Below are positions 35,876 through 45,479 of a DNA stretch of 64,000 nt, piece after piece. The translations under genes were made by a program, and so were the position numbers. The first letter of the stretch is position 1. Every line of letters begins with the position of its first letter. Below the pieces are notes generated by a model, which saw nothing but the letters and a program-made list of their open reading frames with translations, ran no database searches and was not told where the DNA came from. Origin of the DNA: Basidiobolus meristosporus CBS 931.73 (lineage: Eukaryota; Fungi; Basidiobolomycota); NCBI GenBank assembly GCA_002104905.1, contig MCFE01000087.1, positions 113,290-177,289 on the forward strand. The letters run 5' to 3'.

Positions 35876-36145
35876 GTGGGCAGCAGGTGGGATCCTACCA
35901 AATCTAGCTTAGATTTGATATTCACCAGAACATTTGTAATTGCCCTACGCGCCATTACCCTCAAGATGGATGGTATTTTCCAAGCTGGGGAGATTCCCAT
36001 TTTGGGACTTGATTTTTCATCAATCCGCTCGATCTAGAGCCTCGGCAATCAAATAAAGTTCCTCAGCTTAGGGAAGAGCGGAGAAGTATAAATAGGAATG
36101 TGTCTAGGCTCCTCAACATTACTCGAAAATCGATCTACAATTAAC

Positions 36146-37249
36146 ATGTCTGCCGTTGAAAAGACCCTGTACGAGACCCTGGGTGGGGAAGAGACCATTT
36201 CCAAAGTGGTCGATGTGTTCTACAGCAAGTACGTCCTGAACGACGAAAGAATCAAGCATTTCTTCGTCGGCGTCGACATGGAGAAGCAGCGCGTCATGCA
36301 ATCCAAGTTCCTGTCATTCGCCTTCGGTGGCCCCGCCTTCAATGGAAAAAAGATGAACATCGCGCATCGCCATCTCAAGCTCACCGACGATCATTTCGAT
36401 GCGGTCATGGATGATCTCGGTAAGGCCCTACGCGACTTCGATGTTCCCGAGGAAATTATCGCCAAGGTGGCTGCAGTTGCGGAGACCACACGCAACGATG
36501 TCCTTGGTCGTTCCGAGAAAAACCCCGCTCCGAAGGAAATCCAAATGGACCACGTGGACCGCACCCTGCTCCATACCGATCCGGTTTATCGCTACAAGTA
36601 TGTTGCCAAGTTTGTTGATTTTTCCGACAAGGATGTCGAGGCTATCAAATCGGTGTCCGAGCAACTGGCTCCTCTCGGTGCAGTCCTGGTGGACGCGGTT
36701 TACGACAAACTCAGAGCCTTTGATATCACCTGGGAATCCATGGCCAAGCGCCACGAAGGGTATGCCGGGGAGGTGGTAGAGAACGTGCGCGATCTCAAGG
36801 TCGATAGCTCCCAGATTAAGTACCGAAAGGATATGCTGACCCGCTACATCGGCCGTCTTCTAACCAACCCGTACGACGAGAGAATGATCAAATACCTTGA
36901 CTGGGTCGCTAAGATCCATACCGACATCCCAGGAAAGAAGTCCAAAATCAACGTTGAGTACATCCATATCTCTGCGCTTCTTGGCTTCGTAGAAACCACC
37001 CTGATATGGGCGGTTAGCACTCTGAAGCTCGAGAGGGAGCACGAGCTTCAAGTGATTCTGGCCTTCAACAAGGTTCTTTGGCTTCAGAATGATTTCTTTG
37101 CTAAATACTACGCCAAAGATGGCTCCGACGTACCTGCATCCTTTGGTCTGCACGCACATCCAGCACCAGCGCCCAAATTTAACCTCAACAGCGCATTGGT
37201 CGGTGGGCTTGTAGCTGTTCTTGGATTATTGCTTGCTCAAAGATTCTGA
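36146..37249 (+). CDS. chimeric two-globin protein: group-I truncated haemoglobin + sensor/protoglobin-type globin + C-terminal hydrophobic anchor
   Basis: Domain 1: LYETLGG, VFY (B9-B10), HFF (CD1), Q..Q (E7/E11), FGGP, proximal AH. Domain 2: YVAKFVDFSDKD..LVDAVYDKL..YLDWVAKIH..WLQNDFF. Tail ALVGGLVAVLGLLLAQRF. No introns. Confidence 0.88.
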   Translation: MSAVEKTLYETLGGEETISKVVDVFYSKYVLNDERIKHFFVGVDMEKQRVMQSKFLSFAFGGPAFNGKKMNIAHRHLKLTDDHFDAVMDDLGKALRDFDVPEEIIAKVAAVAETTRNDVLGRSEKNPAPKEIQMDHVDRTLLHTDPVYRYKYVAKFVDFSDKDVEAIKSVSEQLAPLGAVLVDAVYDKLRAFDITWESMAKRHEGYAGEVVENVRDLKVDSSQIKYRKDMLTRYIGRLLTNPYDERMIKYLDWVAKIHTDIPGKKSKINVEYIHISALLGFVETTLIWAVSTLKLEREHELQVILAFNKVLWLQNDFFAKYYAKDGSDVPASFGLHAHPAPAPKFNLNSALVGGLVAVLGLLLAQRF

Positions 37250-37531
37250 ATTCCCGTCTTAGTCCAACCCTAATTACCATTTTAGTACATCATTGTGAAT
37301 AATCTACAGTAAATAAACCATTACGTTCTCCTGCGGATAATATGGGATTGTCAGTGATTTCCCACCATATTCCAACTCACCTATTCCAGGAAAGCCCAAT
37401 AGCAATTGTACGTGGGAAAGCGGAGACTGTTGGTAGGAAGGGCTGAGTTATCATTTGTGGCTTGGTTGAGATACCTGTTTATCTGTCAGTGACGAGTTGG
37501 TTGAAATCAAGGGGGAGGTAGTCTTCTCCTA

Positions 37532-39199
37532 ATGGCGAGTAATACAGTCCCAAGATCACATGGATCAAACAATAGAGTCCCACTTTCCCACACCTTCAAC
37601 CAAAGCTCACGTCAGGTCAGCGAACGTTGTTTTCTCAACTACACCCAGGCAGCTATTCAACACAACCCTACGTCTATCTTCTACTCTACCCACTCAGTAT
37701 GCTTGGACTTGCCGTACGCCTGATACCAGCCAACTCCAGATTACTTTTGAAGAAGCAAACACCTGCGGTGTTTGGTTCGGTATTTACACGTCAGGTAAGA
37801 CTACTGGGCGATTCCTTGGAACCCTCTCCTATCGACTAAACCCGCAACACCGTTAGAATTCCAACCGAACCGCAATCAGCCAAGCCCTTCGCAAGAAGGT
37901 TCCTTTTCCAGGCGCTTCAGATTCCTACTTCACCCAAGAGATGACCTTCATTGGCAAGACCGAGGCGATACCCACTTACCACGTCATGGATTCAGAGGGC
38001 AACATACTAGACCCCTCGCAGGAGCCTGAGGTTAGCGGCGATTTGAGCATATTGTATCCTGTGTATTCTCAACCATCGAAATCTAGGTTTCACCCGAGTT
38101 TGCGATAAAGATCTATGAGGATATGATCACTTTGAATATCATGGACTTGATTCTTTACGAAGCCCAGCGTCAGGGACGCATCAGCTTCTACATGACAAGC
38201 TATGGTGAAGAGGCGTACATAGGAAGCGCTGCGGGCCTCTCCAGCGAGGATATCGTCTTTGGACAGGTGAGCAACAGCCATCGAGGTCGTTAGTGAAGAA
38301 GTCATTACCAACTCTGTTGATTTTAGTATCGTGAAAGCGGGGTTCTGCTTTACCGCGGCTTCACTATGGACGAATTCATGAATCAATGCTATAGTAACGA
38401 GCTTGATTATGGCAAGGGTCGCCAGATGCCCGTCCACTACGGCTCCACCAAGCACAACTTCCACACCATATCCTCCCCTCTAGGCACTCAAATCCCCCAT
38501 GCCGCAGGCGCCGCATACACCCTGAAAATGGAGGGGAAGAAGAATTGCGTGATGTGCTACTTTGGCGATGGTGCGGCCAGCGAGGGAGACTTCCATGCTG
38601 CCTTGAACATGGCGGCAACCATGAAGTGTCCCGTGATATTCTTTTGCCGGAACAATGGGTTCGCTATCTCCACACCTACCTCCGATCAATATCGTGGAGA
38701 TGGTATTGCCAGTCGAGGAATCGGCTACGGAATAGACACGATACGTGTGGATGGTAACGATGTGTGGGCGGTATATAATGCAACCAAGGAGGCCAGAAGA
38801 CTCGCAACCGAAGAACATCGACCCGTCTTGATTGAGGCCATGACTTACCGAATTGGCCACCACAGTACTTCAGACGACTCCTCCGCCTACCGGTCGAAGA
38901 AGGAGGTTGAGGATTGGGAACGCACAGACAACCCGTTGGTCCGCATGCGCAAATACCTTGAAAACAAGGGATGGTGGAACGGAGAGAAGGAAAAGTCCTT
39001 CCGCAGTGACATTCGTATCAAACTGCTCAAGTCGTTCACCAACGCAGAAAAAGCCAAGAAACCCGCTGTGAAGGAGATGTTCGAAGATGTGTACGACCAG
39101 CTCACACCCAACCTGATCGAGCAGAAGGCTGAATTGGAGGGGATTCTAAAGAAGTACCCCGAATACTACCCATCTATCAAGAACCATGCCCAGAACTGA
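37532..39199 (+). CDS. BCKDHA: branched-chain 2-oxo-acid dehydrogenase E1 alpha subunit
   Basis: [38 protein letters not shown] motif [20 protein letters not shown], and [12 protein letters not shown]. The 5' exons were reconstructed by eye. Confidence 0.94.
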
Positions 39200-39440
39200 G
39201 CGTGGCGATTGTTTATTGTTCATGGCCTTGATTGATTGTTACCCAATTTAACCATCGCATAATCAAATGGATCCCCACCCAGTAATAAACGCGAGAAGCA
39301 TTCTGTTATATTGTATTTGATTCTAGGTTTATTCATACGGTTGATTTACACACTAAAAATTGCCCGTTCGGCAATCTGATAGCTTTGGAATTAGACTATG
39401 GAACAGTGTCAAATATCATAATATTCAACGGCAGGTGGAT

Positions 39441-40597
39441 TTACAATGCAATGGCTTCGGGTGAGATTTGGAAGATCTCTGGGCGCAGGAAAGTGTGCTC
39501 TCTATTGGATTTTAGGATGAAATAGCCACGGGATAATCCGGTGGATTTGTCGACCTCGCACATGGATTTATAGATCCGCTCTACGGAGACATAGTAACTG
39601 GGGTATTTGGATCTAGAAGGACGAATTGGTGAGTACGGGCGCGAATGAAACTTCCCGGAACCTCCCGTTTATATATGGAATTTACCTAGTCACATCCATA
39701 ATCAGCACCTGTTGCCGGTCTGCATTGTATCCGCCAATGGGGGAGAAATGACCTTCGCCAGCCTGGTCAAGGCCTCGACGGGAAAACGAGAGCACGATGT
39801 GCTCGGTGCCTCTGGAGCAGACCCGTTTGAGGTCGTCAACGAACTCTTGTAGGGTTACATCTCTGGCTGATTTGGCCTCGACTTCGCAATGGTTTTGCGC
39901 CAATTCTATAGAACGACTAGATTTAGTCGGGGAGAGGGTGTGCCTCTATCTAACAGAATACTCACCTAAAAACTCTGAATCGTTCACGCCGTTGCACTTG
40001 AACTGCTTGGCAGGATCGAACCCTTCCAATAACTCCTCGCTGTACCTAGAATGGAAGAGTGAATACTCCATTGTCACGTGGTTACAACACCAGATATCCA
40101 CTAACCATCTCCAGTTGCCTTTCCACCGCTTCTTGGGATCGATCTCCATAGCATTCAACACCATTGCCAGAGAGCTAGGGCCACAATCTAGAATAATCCA
40201 TGAATATCTGCCACCCGAAGGAAATAAATCGACTAGATAGCTTACATGAGGGCTCTGACTGGGTTGTGAAATTGCCCACCAAGTTGAAATAGCCTTCCGC
40301 GTATCCTTGGCATAAGCTCTCCTTGAATATTTGTTTTCCCTCCTCTGAGGTAAACGATGTCAGACATGCAGGGAGCTTTTGGCGATAGTGGGTATTTAAC
40401 AGGACGCTGTAATCCCCACGACAAGGAAGCTTGAATGAGGAGTGTGGTTGGTCGACCTCAAGGGGAAGGTTGTTTAAAGCAACAGCGCGGACATTCTGCG
40501 TTTTCGAAACCATATGCCGAAGTAGGAGCTTATTGATTGGTCGAGAAAGTAAAGAGGGAGCATTATTCCGGGATACAATACGAAAACTATTCATCAT
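39441..40597 (-). CDS. PCS: short phytochelatin-synthase-like protein (catalytic domain only, ~301 aa), 5 exons, with an apparent 1-nt frameshift at ~39600
   Basis: FTTQSEPSYCGPSSLAMVLNAM (catalytic Cys), WKGNWRWYSE, GHFSPIGGYN (His), IMDVTR (Asp), KYP..STGLSRGYFIL. Exons 40597-40246, 40187-40106, 40045-39966, 39905-39686 and 39611-39441 total 905 nt, one short of a multiple of 3. Confidence 0.88.
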
Positions 40598-40701
40598 ATA
40601 CATGTGGCGAGGAAAGAGGGAACTGATTGTTTGTTCATGAGATCTCATTCCCTATTATATATCTTTTCAACGCGACCCCCTATTTCCAGGGTGCCATCTC
40701 A

Positions 40702-40980
40702 ATCTGATAGATGAAGACTTTTTTGGAAAGACGGAACGGTGTGGTTACTTGATGTGATACTCCTCAATAATCTGATTGTTTCATGACCAATCATTTGGCA
40801 GCGATGTAAAAATCTGATAACGCAATGTCTGGACTATGTAGTACCAACTTATTGCTAAGAAAAATCAGATAAAAATTGCTGGAAAATTATCAGATGCTCT
40901 GATGTAAGAAAGATTATTAATCTGTACTGCTTAGGAATTGGATGGTTGGCCTGAAATAGGAAGCATTCGTATTATCAGAT
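40702..40980. promoter_or_regulatory. cluster of ATCWGATAA GATA sites upstream of the PCS-like gene
   Basis: Perfect sites at 40812-40820, 40864-40872, 40887-40895 (reverse) and 40972-40980 (reverse). Near-matches at 40702-40710 (ATCTGATAG) and 40770-40778 (ATCTGATTG). Confidence 0.75.
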
Positions 40981-41327
40981 TCCCCATATTCAATTCACTA
41001 GATGTAGAGTCCAATAAGAGTAACTTCTCTGCTAGAAAGAACCCATAAGGGAAACAGATTCCAATTCTAATCAGTTTATGTGCTGAAAAGACCCAATTAA
41101 GCAGTTTCCCAAAGAGATTTGATTTTAAACGCTACCAAATTTTCACATCCAATGTCCATGGACTCGTACGGAATTCGACGGATGATTTCTGCTGAACTTT
41201 CCATAACTCGGGCAACTAAATGCCATAGGATATGTAAATTACGTAACAAATTGATGGTACAAGACAAATCTGTTTATTGAAAATGTCACAATACCCAGCA
41301 AGCACCATGACAACATATCTATAAAAT

Positions 41328-41960
41328 TTAATAGAAAGTGGAAGGACGCTTGGCAATGAAGAGGCTGCGGTTGGCCTTGTTGGCAGGGCGAGCAACACGG
41401 TGAGGAAGAGGGAAACGAAGCTTGGGAACCATAAGCTGCTTGATGTAGGGACGACGGACATCAGCGTTAGCGACTTCAGCAACACGGATGATTTGGATGG
41501 ATCTGAAGCGAGCACGATGGCGAGCGGCCATGTCTTGGTAACAAGCCTCGACGGCGTCGTTTCTGGTCAACTCACGGTATTCCTTGTACATGTTGTGGGT
41601 ACCGGAGCGAGAGTCATAACGAAGCCAGATACCGAAGGTCTTGATCTTCAAGGGGTTCTTCTCGAAGATCTCGTTCAAGGAAACGATCTCACCGGCAGCC
41701 TTCTTGACCTTCTTGAGCTTGGTCAAGAAGTACCAGAAACGACTCTTGGCAACGACTTCATTAGGAGCGAAGATTCTCATACGGAAGAGTCTGGGAACGG
41801 GCTCCTTCTCGGAAGGGAGCTTGCGGCCAATGATTTGGTATTCGTGGAGCTACACATGAAGCGAGTTAACAACCAGTGAATAAGCGAAGGGTAATGGATG
41901 CATCACGAAGATTGATTGATGATTTCTACGCAACCAAGAATATGCACTTACTCTACCCAT
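41328..41960 (-). CDS. RPL20: 60S ribosomal protein eL20 (L18a), 2 exons
   Basis: MGR|[57 protein letters not shown]. Confidence 0.97.
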
Positions 41961-42421
41961 GATACTACAAGGATTCAAGCGATCTACACACGTAAAGGAA
42001 GAGGGTCAAAGAGGAATCTTCAGAACCTCTTTTAATCACTCATCACGGACATTTCTCAAATTCATTACCTGATTGGCTTTCCCGAATTTTTTTCTATCAC
42101 CCCAGCTCACTTTTTTTCCTTCATAAGATGGTGGTTTAGTAGCCTAGTGACTTGCACTATCTGTGCGAGATTGTGTTTAAATCGAAGTAGGGTTGGGGTT
42201 GGGATCAAGTATATGGATGAACCTACACTTATTTCTTTCGGTGCTTGTTGAACCAGACCCCTTCCTTTATTTTGTACAATTTAGTTTAATAAAATGATTC
42301 AATTAGATATAGAAGAGGAAGCTGAGGAGAGATGAAAACGCAAGGAATAGTTGACACGAAATTGGGGAACTTTTCTTCTATAGGAATGGAATAGATTACA
42401 CGGGAAGGGCATTCGACGAGC

Positions 42422-43868
42422 TTAACGGAATCGATAGTTGAACACAGGGTAAGGCTTGTTCCGTAAAACGGCCTCAATCTCACTCAAGACCTGTTCGTTC
42501 AGCTTGGGCAAAACTCCCAAAGCTTTGACGTTGTCTTTGACTTGTTCAGGGTTCGAGGCTCCAAATATGGCACTGGAGACCTGGGAGTTTTTGATGGTCC
42601 ATGCCAATGCCAGTTGTGCAGTTGTACAATCTAGTTTCTTGGCGATAGGCTGTGGTGAATAGATCGGGGTTAGTTTGCTGGGGAAAACAACTCATCACCG
42701 CTCCCACACGGTACCTGAAGCTCTTTAACTTTCTCGATCTTTGCTTGCCCTTCGGGGGTCGCCAACGAGTCACGGATTCTATTCAATGCCATATTTTCAT
42801 CTCCCGACAAACGCGAGCCTTCGGGAATCCCGTTATTGTACTTGCCAGTCAGGATACCCACTGCAAGTGGTGACCAAATAGTTGCTCCTAGTAAAGGCTT
42901 TTGTTGAGTACTCCGATGGTGGATCTATTCGATAATCACGCGTTTACCCATCTTGAGCGTCTCGAAGATAGATTGGTACTCAGTTTCGATTCGTTCGCGG
43001 TGGAACATGTTGTATTGCGTTTGTTCAATCTGAAAAGCGTGATGAGCATCTCGTTGTGAATCCAACTTCAAAGATTCCTACCACTGGTCCGACTAATCCG
43101 AGACGTTGCGCTACCATGTGGGCTTCAGTTACTCTTTGGGCGCCCCATTCACTGGTTCCTAGATGAATTAAGAGTATCGGTATCAGGTGTTGATACAGCT
43201 TCGCCAAAATTCTTACCCCAATAAAGTGCTTTTCCCTGCTGGATTACATGGTTAAAGGCTCGGACGATTTCTTCCATCGGAGTGTCAGGATCGGGTCTAT
43301 GGGCCAGAACAAGGTCCACATACTCCAGCTGTAGTCTTTTCAAGCTAGCATTTAGGCCTTCTACAATGTGCTTTCGAGAAAGACCACGATCGTTGGGACC
43401 TTGGTAACGAAGAGTGTTTATGATGTGAGTGCCGACATCGACGTGACTCGAAGTTCACTTACCATCGCCGCCCCAGAAAATCTTCGTGCTGATCACAAAC
43501 TCTGAACGTCTCCAGCCCGCCAATTTGATGACTTGTCCGATGGCAAGTTCCGCTCTTCCACCACCGTACACCTCAGCAGTATCAAAATAGTTGATACCCA
43601 AGCTGAACGCGGTCGTCATGCACGAATAGCATACATCTAGTTGAATTAGTTAGAGAACTTATGCCCTACCTCCCAAACCGCGGGTCGAAAGTTCGCAGAT
43701 ATGGGAAAAGGTTACGGACCTTGTGATACTTGGCCACCATAAGTAAGCCTAGAAGGGAATCCGTCAGCTAAAAAAGCAACTTTCTAACCCCACAGGTATA
43801 ACGAACCAGCTTCCAAGTCCGAGCACGGATACTTTCAGGCCTGTGTTTCCTAGTTTACGATACTCCAT
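42422..43868 (-). CDS. aldo-keto reductase, Kv-beta (AKR6)-like, multi-exon
   Basis: [67 protein letters not shown] and [13 protein letters not shown]. Confidence 0.88.
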
Positions 43869-44100
43869 ACGAACGGAAGCGCTCTGCTTGTTGCTATAAA
43901 AGAAAGCGTTCACAACACACACACTAGTATATAACCATGAAATCTTTTCAGAGATCCTATTGGATTACTGATGTATGATGAACATCCTCTAATCGTGACT
44001 CTCAAATCAGCATGGCATTGTTTCCGTATTTTTCACGACCTTTGAAAATTGTTTATCCGTTTTGCCTGCAAATGGTAAGGGTCCGAGATGGATCCAAATA

Positions 44101-44184
44101 TACAGCTCGATATACAGCTCGATTTACAGCTCGATATACTACTCAATATACTACTTAATATACTGCTCAATGTACCACTAAATT
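44101..44184 (+). repeat. 12-bp minisatellite, 7 units with progressive divergence
   Basis: tacagctcgata / tacagctcgatt / tacagctcgata / tactactcaata / tactacttaata / tactgctcaatg / taccactaaatt. Confidence 0.85.
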
Positions 44185-44359
44185 GAATGCTTGAATACTT
44201 GTGACTTATCTCGAATTGCTGCTAAATGGGGTAAGCTAAAAGCTCTTTCCGCTCGTCTACATGTTACTTTCGGCCATTCTACCCAATATTTTTGCCATCA
44301 CTTTTTTCGTTTGATTCGTTTGTTTGATTCCTTCCTACCCATCGAGTGAATTTGCTTCC

Positions 44360-45364
44360 ATGAGCCTAAATAGAAACAAGTCCAGAGGAAGCCTCGATTC
44401 CTTTGAGTTAGGCTCAGATACGGCCGACATTCGCGCTGAACATGGTGCAAGGGCACCCAAAAATATCTGGAGAAGGTTGCTTCAAAAATGGAAGCTATCC
44501 CTTGGAATGTTGGCTGCCATTGCGCTTTTGATAACCTCACTGGCGCTGTTTGCCCATTACAAAGACAGTTTATTGCCCAAGCTAGAGCAGCTAAGCCAAT
44601 GGATCCGGGACCGCGGGTTCCTGTAAGTCAGTTCATTTCCTTCTCGTAGGTTGAAAAACTGACCCTTTTCTTAGTGGGGGCCTTGTGTTGACTTTGTTGA
44701 TCACCTGCACCGGATTTCCACCCATTTTTGGTCTCAGCACCTTGACTACATTTTCAGGCTTTGTGTACGGCTTCCCACTGGGCTTCGTGCCAGCCTTCTT
44801 GGGGGCGTTCATAGGGGGCACTTGCTGTTTCATTATGTGTCGCAGGTACGGGCGCAGATACGTTCGAAAAGTGCTCACCGCTCATCACGTCATGGCGAGA
44901 ATAACCCAGGCCATCGAGAAAAAGGGCTTCAAGGTAAGCGAAGCACCGAGCGAAACTCAATACCAACACGTCGGTAACCATTCTCCATTCAGCTGTTTTT
45001 ACTCATACGGTTTGCACCCTACCCGTATAATGTTTTGAACGTGACCCTCGCTGGAACCACCATCCCAACCACCCAATTTCTGTTGGTTACTGGCATCTCG
45101 CTAATCAAGCTCCTGCCACAAATCTACATCGGCTCACAGCTCGTCAGCTTTGCCGACTCCATTACTGAACATCCATCTGCTTTGAAGATCCTTGGTGTGA
45201 TAGCAGCGATCACTCTGGGAGTGGGCTTGCTAGTTTATGTATACTGGCTATCCAAGAAGCTAGTGGATGAGGTTGTGGACGACGAAGAGGAGCAGGATGG
45301 GCTTGTTCATGGTGATCGCGATTCTATATGGGCGTTGGAGAGCCGATCAAGCGATGAGATCTAG
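44360..45364 (+). CDS. TVP38: SNARE-associated Golgi protein, Tvp38/TMEM64 (VTT/DedA) family
   Basis: TGFPPIFGLSTL..GFVYGFP.GF..AFLGAFIGG, IRFAPYPYNVLN-type segment, and KLLPQIYIGSQL. Multiple TM helices. Two introns. Confidence 0.85.
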
Positions 45365-45479
45365 GCCAGAGTAATGATCAAGCGATGGGCTCCTCCATTG
45401 TCATAATAATCTTTATTAATGTATTATAAGAATGATGTCTTGGCCGTGGAGCAATAAACTCCGGATTTCAGCAGAAGTA

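Noticed and set aside
39374-39382. ATCTGATAG near-match between BCKDHA and PCS
   Set aside because: An imperfect single site lying 3' of both convergent genes.
44101-44184. CRISPR-like array
   Set aside because: The units are contiguous 12-mers with no spacers, in a eukaryotic context.
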